A stretch of 64,000 nucleotides of DNA from Eledone cirrhosa (lineage: Eukaryota). A program made the translations under genes and the position numbers. This document shows, one piece after another, positions 27,501-41,204 of the stretch; the stretch's first letter is position 1, and each line of letters starts with the position of its first letter. The notes under the pieces are model-generated. The model was not told where the DNA came from. It saw only the letters and a program-made list of their open reading frames with translations, and made no database searches. Location: assembly GCA_964016885.1 (NCBI GenBank), contig OZ024753.1, positions 16,802,001-16,866,000 on the forward strand, written 5' to 3'.

Positions 27501-27712
27501 TCATATATCTGATAATATTGGTATATATAACATACCAATCCTTAACTCCAAACCTGAAATACCTTCAATGCTATTGCCACCATTATTGGTAGGATGGCTC
27601 CACTGACAACTATTTGAAATATGATAATGAAAATATTAAAATAGTTCTCTAAAAACCTTCCAACATTTTATGTAAGAACATTTGTTACATTATCTTCCAA
27701 ACACCAGCTTAA

Positions 27713-27943
27713 CCCTTTAACATTTAAACCGGCTGAATCGGGGTAGAACTCTGTAATTGCTTTCTGTTGAAACTGGCTGCAACCGGCCATTCATACTGAC
27801 ATTAAGGTATTGTTCTCAAAATAAATAATATAAAAATCTCATAGATTCGATATTATGTGAGGTAATTATGAGGTAAAGTTTTTTCCTTGAAAATATAATT
27901 GTAAATATAAAAGTATATATAGAGTAATGTAAATGCTAAAGGG
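27713..27943. mobile_element. piggyBac-type MITE (opposite orientation to 23225-23432)
   Basis: TTAA|CCCTTTAACATTT...AAATGCTAAAGGG|TTAA. Confidence 0.85.
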
Positions 27944-28781
27944 TTAATAATGAAAAAGTTATTTCATGAAATCTCCAAATTCTTGATTATTAAAAAAATT
28001 ATTTGGAAATAATCAGCATTGATTTCATTCCAATCAAGAAAAACACAAAAATGAGGCTATTCAAAGCTAGGGATGTAAGTCATGGGCAGTGACAGAAACA
28101 CTCCTGAAGAGGATTAATGGAACATTCCCCCCGAAGTTGAGAAAGGAGGTCCTGAATATATCCTGAAGAACACATGTAGCAAAGAAATTGCTCTCTGGTT
28201 CACACCTTCACCTTTCTCACATCATAAGGCATAAGAGGCTCACATTAGCCAGACATGGGAATCACAATAAACCTGATGGCAGAGTTCTTTTCTGGAAAAC
28301 CTGATGTGTGTAGACAAGTTGGGAGACCAACCGCAATGTTGAAGGATGTTCTTGAAGATGACACCGCGTTGGGGGCAGGGAACATATTGACAGCAATACC
28401 AGACAAGGTGAGGAAGTACTTCATCATGGCACTGGCAATGAATTATAGAAGTCCTCAGTGACTGTTGTTGTGGATCCAGAGTGGTGCTTGTGTAGCTCAC
28501 AGGTCTGGAGGCTGAGCCCCAGGGAAACACTGATATGTAGGCAGGTGTACAGAAGGTGTAAAGTTAAAGATCCCCCTGACACCTTCTTATTTCCTCCTAT
28601 AATGTTGGACGCAGGGGACATTCAGACAGGAATACCAGACAAGGGACAAGGTGAGTTGGAGGAGGACCTGTTCACCATGGCACTGGCAATGAATGTACAG
28701 AAGTAGAAGAAGTCTCCCATTAGGAATACAGTAATGAAAGGGTTACCACTGTATTTATATTTTGTTTTTTCCTGTCCGCAG

Positions 28782-28869
28782 ATTTAGTAGCAGTACAGAG
28801 TGTAGTATATCCCACTGTAAAGACATGCACTACCGTGAACATTATCATTGTTTTGACTGTAACTATAAG
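28782..28869 (+). CDS. CASZ1: castor/CASZ1 exon (finger 1, first half)
   Basis: ccgcAG acceptor, AAG|gtaaga donor; FSSSTECSISHCKDMHYREHYHCFDCNYK. Confidence 0.93.
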
Positions 28870-28969
28870 GTAAGATTACTTATTGCAGCTCCTTTCTTCT
28901 TTTCTTTGTTCTTTTATTGGTTTCAGTTGTTTAGTAATGAAATATGAATACGTCAATTTTCAATCTAAT

Positions 28970-29245
28970 GTCACAACACCCAGTCCACTCTGTATAGTGA
29001 TATCACAACACCCAGTCCACTCTGTATAGTGAAATCACAACACCCAGTCCACTCTGTATAGTAATGTGGTGTCACAACACCCAGTCCACTCTGTATAGTG
29101 ATCCAATGCCACAACACCCAGTCCACTCTGTATAGTGATCCAGTGCCACAACACCCAGTCCACTCTGTAGAGTAATGTGGTGTCACAACACCCAGTCCAC
29201 TCTGTATAGTGATCCAGTGCCGCAATATCCAGTCCACTCTGTAAG
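28970..29245. repeat. ~29-40-bp tandem repeat grown from a SINE internal motif
   Basis: cacaacacccagtccactctgta x7, running into a SINE tail (29245-29450). Confidence 0.8.
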
Positions 29246-29984
29246 GTGGTTGTGTTGGTGACATGACAAAAAGCACCCAGTCCAGACTGTAACACGGTTG
29301 GCATTAGGAAGGGTCTCCAGCTGTAGAAACCAAGCCAAAATACAGATCCATATGAGGATGACATGGTCCCCGAACCTGACTTGTCTCATAACATGACAAC
29401 CTGTCTAACCCATGCAAGTGTGGAAAATGGACGTTAAATAATAATGATGATAATACATTTATAGTGATGGTTTTTACCCCTCGAGAACATCTTGGTAATG
29501 TGGTTTCATGTAGTACAGGATCTTAAGAGGCAATTACATTTATTATAGGTATGTAAGAACTGATATTTTAGTTCTTACTTGCTCATATTAAGGTACACAG
29601 CCCACAATTTCGGAGGAGAGATAGTTGATTAATTCGACCCTAGTGCATTACTGGTACTTTTTATTCCATCAACTTCGTAGAGATGAAAGGCAAATCTAAC
29701 CTTACTTGGATTTGAACTCAGAACGTAGTAAAGGGATGTAACTATATGCCACAAAGGATGGTGTCCGATGCTCTACCGATTCTGCCAATCCACAATCCAT
29801 ATCAAATAACTGTTTCTACTATTGGCACAAGGCCAGCAATTACCCAGTACATTACTGGTACTTTATTTAATCGACCCCGTAACATATATAGTTACATATC
29901 AAATAATAACTGGTATTTCTCATGATGTTGTTTAAAAAAAAACTTGGCACCTGTAATTATTGTGTTTGTCTTTTTGTCTTGAAG

Positions 29985-30149
29985 GTGTTTTCCAAGAAGG
30001 AAGAAATGGTCCGCCATTTTAAATGGCACAAGAAACGAGACGATTCCCTCCAATATGGTTTCATGCGATATAGTCCAATGGACAACTGTAGTTCCCTCTA
30101 TCCAAACTGTTCTCACAACAGACGTCAAACACACTACCATTGTTTGCAG
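29985..30149 (+). CDS. CASZ1: castor/CASZ1 exon (fingers 1-2)
   Basis: tgaAG acceptor, CAG|gtaata donor, 165 nt phase 0/0; VFSKKEEMVRHFKWHKKRDDSLQYGFMRYSPMDNC...THYHCLQ. Confidence 0.95.
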
Positions 30150-30154
30150 GTAAT

Positions 30155-30886
30155 ATCCCCACTCACCATCTCCACTCACCACTTATCCCCACTCACCATC
30201 CATCTCCACACATCACTGAGCCCCACTCACCACTGATCTCCACTCACCATTGATCTCCACTCACCCCTGATCTCCACTCACCCCTGATCTCCACTCACCA
30301 TTGGTCTCCACTCACCATTGATCCCCACTCACTATCTCTACTCACCGTCCCCACTCACTATCTCTACTCACCATCCCCACTCACCACTGATTTCCACTCA
30401 CCATTGATCTCCACTGATCCCCACTCACCATTGATCTCCACTGATCCCCACTCACCATTGATCTCCACTGATCCCCACTCACCACTGATCCCCACTCACC
30501 ACTGATCTCTACTCAGCCCTGATCCCCACTCACCACTGATCTCCACACACCATTCATACCCACTCACCACTGAGCCCCACTCACCATTGATCTCCACTCA
30601 CCATTGATCTCCACTTATCACTGATCCCCACTCACCACTGATCTCCACTCACCACTGATCTCCACTCACCATTGATCTCCACTCACCACAGCCCCACTCA
30701 CCCCTGATCCCCACTCACCACTGAGCCCCACTCACCACTGAGCCCCACTCACCACTGAGCCCCACTCACCATTGATCTCCACTCACCACTGATCCCCACT
30801 CACCATTGATCCCCACTCACCAGTGATCCCTACTCACCACTGATCTCCACTCACCACTGATCTCCACTCACCATTGGTCTCCACCA
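30155..30886. repeat. ~17-bp minisatellite directly after a splice donor
   Basis: Unit ccccactcaccactgat. Confidence 0.9.
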
Positions 30887-30939
30887 TTTTAATCTACAGA
30901 CCATTAACCTAATCCTAATGAAATACTAAAAGTCTGAAG

Positions 30940-31150
30940 TCTCAAGCCTGGAGACTCATCAGGCCGATTCTTACCCCAGTTTCTGTGGCATGAAGTGACT
31001 GAGATTACAAGACTCCCCACTGGACAAGACCCCAGTCTATCACAAGGTTGAAATGAAGTGTCTTGCTCAAGGACACAGCCACCAGATTTTGGAATTGAAT
31101 CTATGACCTAATATGATTGCATCATACCCTAACTATTAAGCCATGCACCT
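30940..31150 (-). mobile_element. SINE with family A-like head and V-domain-like tail
   Basis: gtgtccttgagcaagacac then gtccag...gccacagaaactggggtaag..ggcctgatgagtctc; tail also at 36472-36590 (+). Confidence 0.55.
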
Positions 31151-31539
31151 TCATTGCAGAACATAGCTAACATAAATTCACTTAGGTATCACCACCACCA
31201 CCACCACCAAAATTTCATTCATTGTGTTTCATTTAATAAAATGTTATGGAAAAGGTTTGAAATATTTATATTTATCTAACACTTTTTCACCATAATTTTA
31301 TAGAAGTATTTGTCAAATTTTGTTCCAAACACCAGTTTAATAATGAGAAAATTTTTTATATTGCAATAAGTTAATGGAAATGTTAAAATGTTAATATTTA
31401 TCTAAAAACCTATTGTAATTTCGTGGAGGAATCTTTAAATTCTGTTTTAATCACAAACTCAATATTGAGAAACTTAGTTATCTTACTAAATCCCTCCAAA
31501 TTCTTGATAATATTTTCAAATTATTTTCAAATTATAATA

Positions 31540-32048
31540 ACTGTCTTTCATTAGAAATATGGTAATGAATGGGTTAAAGACATAGACAGTGTCTTTCATT
31601 AGAAATATGGTAATGAAAGGGTTAAAGACATAGACAGTGCCTTTCATTAGAAATATGGTAATGAAAGGGTTAATGACATAGACAGTGTCTTTCATTAGAA
31701 ATGTGGTAATGAATGGGTTAATGACATAGACAGTGTCTTTCATTAGAAATATGGTAATGAATGGGTTAAAGACATAGACAGTGCCTTTCATTAGAAATAT
31801 GGTAATGAAAGGGTTAAAGACATAGGTAGTGCCTTTCATTAGAAATATGGTAATGAAAGGGTTAATGACATAGGTAGTGTCTTTCATTAGAAATATGGTA
31901 ATGAAAGGGTTAATGACATAGACAGTATCTTTCATTAAAAATATGGTAATGAAAGGGTTAATAACATAGGCAGTGTCTTTCGTTAGAAATATGGTAATGA
32001 CATAGGTAGTGTCTTTCATTTGAAATATGGTAATGAAAGGGTTAAATA
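31540..32048 (-). repeat. 51-bp minisatellite, ~10 copies
   Basis: Reverse complement of the 41205-41636 array; 17-aa periodic ORF. Confidence 0.92.
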
Positions 32049-32754
32049 TTTTCCCATGTTGCCATTCTCCATATATTTATTTATGTACGACATTAAATTT
32101 GCTGAATTGTTTGTTTAAAAATTTGTTTTTTTTTCAAAAATTTGAAACGTAGTGTTGAAGTCTTAAAACATCAATATTTTATGTATCAAACCAGCTTTTA
32201 AAATAGTCATTTTTTCTTTAATATGAAAGCAAGGTGACAGCTGTTGCTATTTGCATTTGTCCCCTAGTAAGGAAAAAATAACACATATACGCACACAAAA
32301 AGCAAACTTTTCTCTTCAAAAATATCCTGATCAATACCCCGTCACAGATTGTGAGGTATCAGGTAAATTATGTAATAATTTATTTATATTTTACACTTTC
32401 TTCGCTTTAAGTTCAAATCTCACAAATGGCTGCCAATGTTTATATTTTAAATGTCTTTCTTTTTTCTTGTGATGTTGTTGTTGTTATTGTTGCTGTCTTT
32501 GTTGTTATTGTTGTTGTTTGTTGTTATTGTTGATGTCTTTGTTGTTATTGTTGTTGTTTGTTGTTATTGTTGCTGTCTTTGTTGTTATTGTTGTTGTTGT
32601 TATTGTTGTTGTTGCAGTTGTTTTAGATATTGTTGTCTTTGTTGTTGAACCTAAAAGCAGCTATGGTGGTATACATCTATCATCAGAGGCTTCCCAATCA
32701 TGACCATCACATCTATTTTGCTTTTAGCGTTTATCTATCTTCCCAACCTACATG

Positions 32755-34206
32755 GCAGGGGTAGTGAACTGGTAGGGTAGGGGTAGTGAACTGGTAGGGC
32801 AGGGGTAGTGAACTGGTAGGGCAGGGGTAGTGAACTGGTAGGGTAGGGGTAGTGAACTGGTAGGGTAGGGGTAGTGAACTGGTAGGGTAGGGGTAGTGAA
32901 CTGGTAGGGTAGGGGTAGTGAACTGGTAGGGTAGGGGTAGTGAACTGGTAGGGCAGGGGTAGTGAACTGGCAGGGCAGGGGTAGTGAACTGGTAGGGCAG
33001 GGGTAGTGAACTGGTAGGGTAGGGGTAGTGAAATGGTAGGGTAGGGGTAGTGAACTGGTAGGGTAGGGGTAGTGAACTGGTAGGGGTAGTGAACTGGTAG
33101 GGTAGGGGTAGTGAATTGGTAGGGCAGGGGTAGTGAACTGGTAGGGTAGGGGTAGTGAATTGGTAGGGCAGGGGTAGTGAACTGGTAGGGCAGGGGTAGT
33201 GAACTGGTAGGGTAGGGGTAGTGAACTGGTAGGGCAGGGGTAGTGAACTGGTAGGGTAGGGGTAGTGAACTGGTAGGGTAGGGGTAGTGAACAGGTAGGG
33301 TAGGGGTAGTGAACTGGTAGGGCAGGGGTAGTGAACTGGTAGGGTAGGGGTAGTGAACTGGTAGGGTAGGGGTAGTGAACTGGTAGGGCAGGGGTAGTGA
33401 ACTGGTAGGGTAGGGGTAGTGAACTGGCAGGGCAGGGGTAGTGAACTGGTAGGGTAGGGGTAGTGAACTGGTAGGGTAGGGTAGGGGTAGTGAAATGGTA
33501 GGGTAGGGGTAGTGAACTGGTAGGGTAGGGGTAATGAACTGGTAGGGCAGGGGTAGTGAACTGGTAGGGCAGGGGTAGTGAACTGGTAGGGCAGGGGTAC
33601 TGAACTGGTAGGGTAGGGGTAGTGAACTGGTAGGGCAGGGGTAGTGAACTGGTAGGGTAGGGTAGGGGTAGTGAAATGGTAGGGTAGGGGTAGTGAACTG
33701 GTAGGGTAGGGGTAATGAACTGGTAGGGCAGGGGTAGTGAACTGGTAGGGCAGGGGTAGTGAACTGGTAGGGCAGGGGTACTGAACTGGTAGGGTAGGGG
33801 TAGTGAACTGGTAGGGCAGGGGTAGTGAACTGGTAGGGTAGAGGTAGTGAACTGGTAGGGTAGGGTAGGGGTAGTGAAATGGTAGGGTAGGGGTAGTGAA
33901 CTGGTAGGGTAGGGGTAGTGAACTGGTAGGGCAGGGGTAGTGAACTGGCAGGGCAGGGGTAGTGAACTGGTAGGGCAGGGGTAGTGAACTGGTAGGGTAG
34001 GGGTAGTGAAATGGTAGGGTAGGGGTAGTGAACTGGTAGGGGTAGTGAAATGGTAGGGTAGGGGTAGTGAACTGGTAGGGTAGGGGTAGTGAACTGGTAG
34101 GGTAGGGGTAGTGAACTGGTAGGGTAGGGGTAGTGAATTGGTAGGGCAGGGGTAGTGAACTGGCAGGGCAGGGGTAGTGAACTGGTAGGGCAGGGGTAGT
34201 GAACTG
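32755..34206 (+). repeat. 22-bp G-rich minisatellite, ~65 copies
   Basis: Unit ggtagggyaggggtagtgaact. Confidence 0.95.
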
Positions 34207-34592
34207 ACAGTTTTCCAACATCAGGGTACCTTTCTTCCTTCCTTCCAACCCATTCTGGGTGACCAGAAAAGGGTCAGGGGTACTACTTTGATTCTTCCTC
34301 CACACATGACTAATTCATCTCATTCCATTTCTCTTCACATCCTTCATCATTGGCTCTATTCTAATCACCCATTCACTTTGATTCTTCCTCCACACATGAC
34401 TAAGGCATCTCATTCCCTCATCAGTGGCTCTAATTCCATCATCCCGTACAAGTTATTGTTTATCTTCCACCTTCTGTGTGATATTCTTCTCAGCCATTGA
34501 TTCATCCTCATTCCCCTTCTTTCCGCCATCAACCACTCTATGTCAATAGATACTTGTCTAAAAACCTCCCGTCTCTCTCTCTCTCCTTTCAG

Positions 34593-34809
34593 CAACCATG
34601 TGATAAAGTCTACATTAGCACGTCTGATGTACAGATGCATGCCAACTACCATCGAAAAGATTCTGCTATCATCCAAGAAGGTTTCCAACGGTTCCGAGCC
34701 ACCGAGGATTGTGGTACTCCCAGCTGTTCATTCTATGGACAACGTACAACTCACTTCCATTGTCGGCGTTTAGATTGTAAATACACGTTCAAAAATAAAG
34801 CTGATATGG
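34593..34809 (+). CDS. CASZ1: castor/CASZ1 exon (fingers 2-3)
   Basis: tttcAG acceptor, G|gtaagt donor; [59 protein letters not shown], a hallmark castor/CASZ1 segment. Confidence 0.96.
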
Positions 34810-35669
34810 GTAAGTAAGGGGTGATATTGTTCATTGGTCTTTTGAAGGGTGGAGGTAGCTTTTGAGGGTTGGAGGGTCAGTGGTTACTGCCGCAGGGACA
34901 CACATACATACAGACCATCATCCATTTTAAAACAACAATTTGGTGTCTATTATATACCATCACCACCACCACCACCACCACCACCACTGCTATCATCACA
35001 TTCCAACACCAACTTCACATCACCACCAGCTCCACCACCATCACAACAACCACCACAACCACCGGCACCGCCATTACACCATCACTACCACCACACGTCC
35101 ACCACCACCACCACCACCACAACCACCACCACAACCACCACCACAACCACAACCACCACCACCACCTCTGTCACCACCACCACCACCTTCATTATTATAT
35201 AATGTAAACATTTAAAATATTTTACTTATATTCTAAAATTTATTTGTCTTTATTTAAATATTTGTTTCTATTTTATTGTAATTTATTTTAATTCAAGCAT
35301 TTAATTTTTTAATGAATTACATTTTAAAAATGTCTAACGAATTTACTGTTTGTTTAGTGCTTACCTCGGAGGAAATATATAGTTGATTAAATTACTTGTT
35401 TAATCAACTATATATTACTAATTAGGAGGATGTGTGGTGTGTGGGTGGTGTGTTATAGAATTGGTGGTTTCTTGTCTTCTTTTTCATCATTTTATATCTG
35501 CTTTTCCATGCTGGATAGATAGACGGATCTTTACCTACACCGAGTAACTATTTAATTGAAGCTACTATCCTCTTCGATGGGCTGGAACCATGTCTCAGTT
35601 AGGCCTGGTGTCGATAGCTGGATGTCCTTCCTCGTGCCAAACATTTTACAGAGTATACTAGGTGCATAG

Positions 35670-35885
35670 TGAAGGCGTGTGGCTGAGTGGTTAGGGAATT
35701 GGATTCGCAATCGTAAGGTTGTGAGTTCGATTCCTGGACCAGGTGATGCGTTATGTCCTTGAGCAAGACACTTTATTTCACGTTGCTCCTTTTACCAGGT
35801 GTTGCGACCGATAGATAGTATTAGCAATTGGAAAGACCAACGGAAACATTGTTCCCTCGGTCCAATTTGACGAAAGTCGATCGTC
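35670..35885 (+). mobile_element. SINE family A head with tail 3
   Basis: Tail gaccgatagatagtattagcaattggaaagaccaacggaaacattg, also at 17420-17506, 40065-40230 (-) and 45088-45303 (-). Confidence 0.8.
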
Positions 35886-36159
35886 TTTGTAGGTGCATTT
35901 TATCATAGCACCAGTATTAGATAAGTTGCAATGTTCTTGAGAAAACTGAAGAGACTTCTCCACCTTTTTGATATCATTTTTATTGTTGTATGTTCTTTAC
36001 CACTTTACAGAATGTACTGAGTATATTTTATCATGGCACCAGTGCAAGGGAGTTTGTTATATCATTGATACAACTTTATACTCTTTTAACATGATTTCTA
36101 TGGCTGGATACACTCCTTAACACCAACCATTTTACAGAGTATACTGAAGGTACACTCTG

Positions 36160-36422
36160 ACATGTGGTTAAAATGTCTTAGGAAAGAATCACTGGACTGA
36201 TTTTACGGGAAAAACCAACTGGTAAGAAACCCAGGGGTAGACCCCGAGCAAGATAGTTGGGATACATCCATGAGCTTGGCTGGTCACACTTGGAGATCCA
36301 GCTGGATCAGTTGGAGACAATTGCTTCTGACAGGACCCACTGGAAGGTGTGTTTGAGGACTCTGCCCCCACGATCCTCTCAGGAATAAGTGGGCGAAGAA
36401 GATGACTTATTTCTCAGGGGAT
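36160..36422 (+). mobile_element. RTE (Expander/Rex3-like) LINE 3' end, copy 1
   Basis: Translates KPTGKKPRGRPRAR*LGYIHELGWSHLEI...DRTHWKVCLRTLPPR. Confidence 0.7.
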
Positions 36423-36874
36423 CAGCTTATTAGGCATTGGCCTGATGATCCACCAGGCCCAAGATAGACTTTAACTGCGATGAACTGGCATCTTGTCCAG
36501 GAGGAGGGAGTCTTGTACTCTCGGTCACATAATGCCACAGAAACTGAGATAAGCTGCAGCCTGATGAGTCTCTGGGCTTGTGACAGATTCCAATAGCTCC
36601 AAGTATTTTTGGTCACTCATAGTTGTCCCAGGGTTCAGTAGTTCCAGATTTAAAAATGACACCCAAATAATCTGACTGTGAGTGTTTTCATTTTCTCAAT
36701 GGTAAATTTTTCCTCATATTTTTTTCCTCAAGGTTTCCTAATATATTACTGGTATATTACAAATTGATGCTATATTGATTCATAGAAGAACATAACTTGG
36801 CATCATTGCTCTTAGTCCATTCTTCATTTTTTATGTTTTTTTATGGATAATACTCATTTATTTTTTATATTCAA

Positions 36875-38000
36875 TGTCAGTCTTGTCTTGCTGACTGGTT
36901 GGTCAAGATTTAAACTCAGTGTCAGTCTTGTCTTGCTGGCTGGTTGGTCAAGATTTAAACTCAGTGTCAGTCTTGTCTTGCTGGCTGGTTGGTCAAGATT
37001 TAAACTCAGTGTCAGTCTTCTCTTGCTGGCTGGTTGGTCAAGATTTAAACTCAGTGTCAGTCTTGTCTTGCTGGCTGGTTGGTCAAGATTTAAACTCAGT
37101 GTCAGTCTTGTCTTGCTGGCTGGTTGGTCAAGATTTAAACTCAGTGTCAGTCTTGTCTTGCTGACTGGTTGGTCAAGATTTAAACTCAGTGTCAGTCTTG
37201 TCTTGCTGGCTGGTTGGTCAAGATTTAAACTCAGTGTCAGTCTTCTCTTGCTGACTGGTTGGTCAAGATTTAAACTCAGTGTCAGTCTTGTCTTGCTGGC
37301 TGGTTGGTCAAGATTTAAACTCAGTGTCAGTCTTGTCTTGCTGGCTGGTTGGTCAAGATTTAAACTCAGTGTCAGTCATGTCTTGCTGGCTGGTTGGTCA
37401 AGATTTAAACTCAGTGTCAGTCTTCTCTTGCTGGTTGGTTGGTCAAGATTTAAACTCAGTGTCAGTCTTGTTTTGCTGGCTGGTTGGTCAAGATTTAAAC
37501 TCAGTGTCAGTCTTGTTTTGTTGGTTGGTTGGTCAAGATTTAAACTCAGTGTCAGTCTTGTTTTGTTGGTTGGTTGGTCAAGATTTAAACTCAGTGTCAG
37601 TCTTGTTTTGTTGGTTGGTTGGTCAAGATTTAAACTCAGTGTCAGTCTTGTCTTGCTGGCTGGTTGGTCAACATTTAAACTCAGTGTCAGTCTTGTCTTG
37701 CTGGCTGGTTGGTCAACATTTAAACTCAGTGTCAGTCTTGTTTTGTTGGTTGGTTGGTCAAGATTTAAACTCAGTGTCAGTCTTGTTTTGTTGGCTGGTT
37801 GGTCAAGATTTAAACTCAGTGTCAGTCTTGTCTTGCTGGCTGGTTGGTCAAGATTTAAACTCAGTGTCAGTCTTGTCTTGCTGGCTGGTTGGTCAAGATT
37901 TAAACTCAGTGTCAGTCTTGTCTTGCTGGCTGGTTGGTCAAGATTTAAACTCAGTATCAGTCTTATCTTGCTGGCTGGTTGTTCAAGATTTAAACTCAGA
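36875..38000. repeat. 45-bp minisatellite, ~25 copies
   Basis: Unit gtcagtcttgtcttgctggctggttggtcaagatttaaactcagt; no spacers. Confidence 0.95.
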
Positions 38001-38694
38001 TTTATGAATCAGCTGATGTGATACACTCTTACAACTCATGCCTTAGAAGCAGTACAGCTCTACATAGAAGATGAGGCAATATTTCTGATGTTACTACCAT
38101 CTCTAGTGGTAGAGGAAGGGTGGGTCTGCTGTATTGATAGCAGTTATTTGTTGTCTTATTCAGAGTGACTTGTACTGAAAAACATTAATATGGACATTGT
38201 AGAACACCTTGGGGGGTGGGGATTCTAAAATAAAAAAGAACAAACAAATAAAATAGAAAAAGACTGCAAATTTTTTCTAGAACGTTATCTCGGTTCATAT
38301 CGAAGTTAACCGATTCATTAAAATATTTCTAATGAAAAACCTCAACATATGATTTTCAAATAATCAGGAATTTGAAGTAATTTAATAATATAACTAGTAG
38401 ACTATACTTGGATATAAGCTGATGAATATGTGACCTAAAATTCACTGGTAAAATGGGAGGTTGGATTATATATGCCAGCTAAACAATGTGTTGATTAGCT
38501 GGCTCAGTTGATAAATGGGATTTAGATTTACACTGCATCTTGGGTAATGACTGAAAGAATACAACATGAATACAAGTGGCCAAAATGGGATTCTTCTGAA
38601 GGGTCTTTAGAGTAACGTTACTCAATAGAGCACATAGCTCATAAATCAGAGAGTCACTACTTCTTTGAATTGAGAGATCACAGCTCCGATACTA

Positions 38695-38955
38695 CAGACA
38701 TGGGGTTAAAACGTCTAAGGAAAGAATCACTGGACTGATTTTACAGGAAAAACCAACCGGTAAGAGACCCAGGGGTAGACTCCGAGCAAGATGGTTGGTT
38801 AACATCCATGAGCTTGGCTGGTCACACTTGGAGATCCAGCCGGATCAGTTGGAGACTGTTGCTTCTGACAGGACCCACTGGAAGGAGTGTTTGAGGACCC
38901 CACGACCCGCTCAGGAATAAGTGGGCGAAGAAGAAGACTTATTTTTCAGGGGATC
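38695..38955 (+). mobile_element. RTE LINE 3' end, copy 2
   Basis: Close homologue of 36160-36422 with the same apparent 5' truncation point. Confidence 0.7.
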
Positions 38956-39097
38956 TGCTCACATTTGAATATACAGGGTAACTTTCTCATTATTAAGAAT
39001 GGGCTTTCGTTGATTTTAACAATGAGTGTTTCAGTTCCATCAACAGAGCAGTCAGATTAGGAAATTAAAATACAAGTGACTAAGTTATCCACAGACA

Positions 39098-39790
39098 TGA
39101 TCCAAGACAATCATAAATGACACATGACTCAGATGCTATGCCCCATTGAATTACAGGTACACTCCATCCAACAGGATTCCACAGTTTCCATTCACCCAAT
39201 TTCACTGACAAGGCTTGAGTTGATCCAAAGCAATCATAAATGACATGACTCAGATGCTATGCCCCATTGAATTACAGGTACACTCCATCCAACAGGATTC
39301 CACAGTTTCCATTCACCCAATTTCACTGACAAGGCTTGAGTTGATCCAAGACAATCATAAATGACATGACTCAGATGCTATGCCCCATTGAATTACAGGT
39401 ACACTCCATCCAACAGGATTCCACAGTTTCCATTCACCCAATTTCACTGACAAGGCTTGAGTTGATCCAAAGCAATCATAAATGACATGACTCAGATGCT
39501 ATGCCCCATTGAATTACAGGTACACTCCATCCAACAGGATTCCACAGTTTCCATTCACCCAATTTCACTGACAAGGCTTGAGTTGATCCAAAGCAATCAT
39601 AAATGACACATGACTCAGATGCTATGCCCCATTGAATTACAGGTACACTCCATCCAACAGGATTCCACAGTTTCCATTCACCCAATTTCACTGACAAGGC
39701 TTGAGTTGATCCAAAGCAATCATAAATGACATGACTCAGATGCTATGCAGTAGAATTGAACCTATGACCTAATGATTAGAACTTCTTAAC
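39098..39790. repeat. ~121-bp tandem repeat x5, apparently built from a SINE body
   Basis: Unit ...catgactcagatgctatgccccattgaattacagg...ccacagtttccattcacccaatttcactgacaaggcttg; the last unit runs into a reverse tRNA-like head (gaattgaacc..ttaacc). Confidence 0.85.
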
Positions 39791-40244
39791 CATTTGTCCA
39801 TGCTGAAGCCACTTGGAACATAACTTAACAAAGATTCTTACATAAAATTATGATGGAAGGTTTTTAGATAAATATGGACACGTTAAAATAAACTGTTTCA
39901 TATGATAGAACCAAGGGCAGTTTTGGGCACTTTGGTATCAAAAGTGTTAAAAAATTATTTGGTAGTAATTTTGGAAAATCTTATAAGTTTGCATATATTT
40001 GATTTTTATCGATCGCTGGGCTAGATCAATGGATTTCATTTGCATACCGAGTGGGATGGAACATGTCAAGTCAGACGAAAGAAACAATGTTTCCATTGGT
40101 CTTTCCATTGTTGATACTATTTACCAGTTGCAACTCATGGCAGAAAGAACAACATGAAATAAAGTATCTTGCTCAAGGACATAATCATAATGCATTGCCC
40201 AGTCTGGGAATCAGACTCGCATATATGGGGCTCAGCTGAAAAGG

Positions 40245-40670
40245 CTGACCAAGATACTCTCATGGAATGACCAAATGAGGTTTATTTTTTAACATAGTCC
40301 CTAGAAAGAAACAATGCAGTTATTAGTAACAAGAGTTAAAGTAATGCATGTAAGATTTCACAGCTCTAGCATCACTCCTTCATAGTCTGACCAAGATACT
40401 CTCATGGAATGTGCAAATGAGGTTTATTTTTTAACATAGTCCCTAGAAAGAAACAATGCAGTTATTAGTAACAAGAGTTAAAGTAATGCATGTAAGATTT
40501 CACAGCTCTAGCATCACTCCTTCATAGTCTGACCAAGATACTCTCATGGAATGTGCAAATGAGGTTTATTTTTTAACATAGTCCCTAGAAAGAAACAATA
40601 CAGTTATTAGTAAGAAGAATTAAAGTAATGCATGTAAGATTTCACAGCTCTAGCATAACTCCTTCATAGT
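40245..40670. repeat. ~142-bp tandem repeat x3
   Basis: ctgaccaagatactctcatggaatg at ~40245, 40388 and 40529. Confidence 0.9.
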
Positions 40671-41204
40671 CAGTCTTTGAACTTTTCAGCCTATCCTTGT
40701 AGGATTTATATAATCAGTTTATTTATCGGCAAAAAAAAAAAAAAAAGAAACGTTTTTGACCTTACTTTAGAATTTAATGTTCTTTAATTAAACAAAATTT
40801 AATAACTAGTTTTGCTGTTGCTCTCATAAGTATTTAACCCTTCACTAACCATATTTATAATGAAATGCACTGTATATATGTTTCAAATAAGTGTGAAAAT
40901 AAACCAAGAATTTAGAGGGATTTAGTAAAATAACTTACGTGTTCATTAAGCTAGTATTTGGAACATAGCTTTAAAAAAGTTCTTATGATTATCACAGAAG
41001 GTTTTAATTGAAATATAAATTTATGTGTATTAAATTCCAACTTAGTTTGTTTCACTAATTTTATAACAAAATCAAATATTTTAAACAAACAATTCAAAAA
41101 CCCATGCTAGAGTGGAAAATGGATGTTAAACGATGATGATGATGATGATGATGAAATCTCTCATTTAAATGAGTTTACAAAGAAATATGAATATACATGG
41201 GAAA

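Noticed and set aside
28060-28740. Coding-like stretch with internal duplications upstream of exon 28782
   Set aside because: Stops in all frames and no recognisable motif or phase-compatible splice sites; probably an old transposon fragment that I cannot classify.
32731-34305. 524-aa proline-rich ORF
   Set aside because: Artefact of the 22-bp repeat cycling through three frames.
36875-38000. CRISPR-like regular array (also the 48-, 26- and 51-bp arrays)
   Set aside because: Units are contiguous with no unique spacers, no cas genes are present, and the context is a eukaryotic intron.
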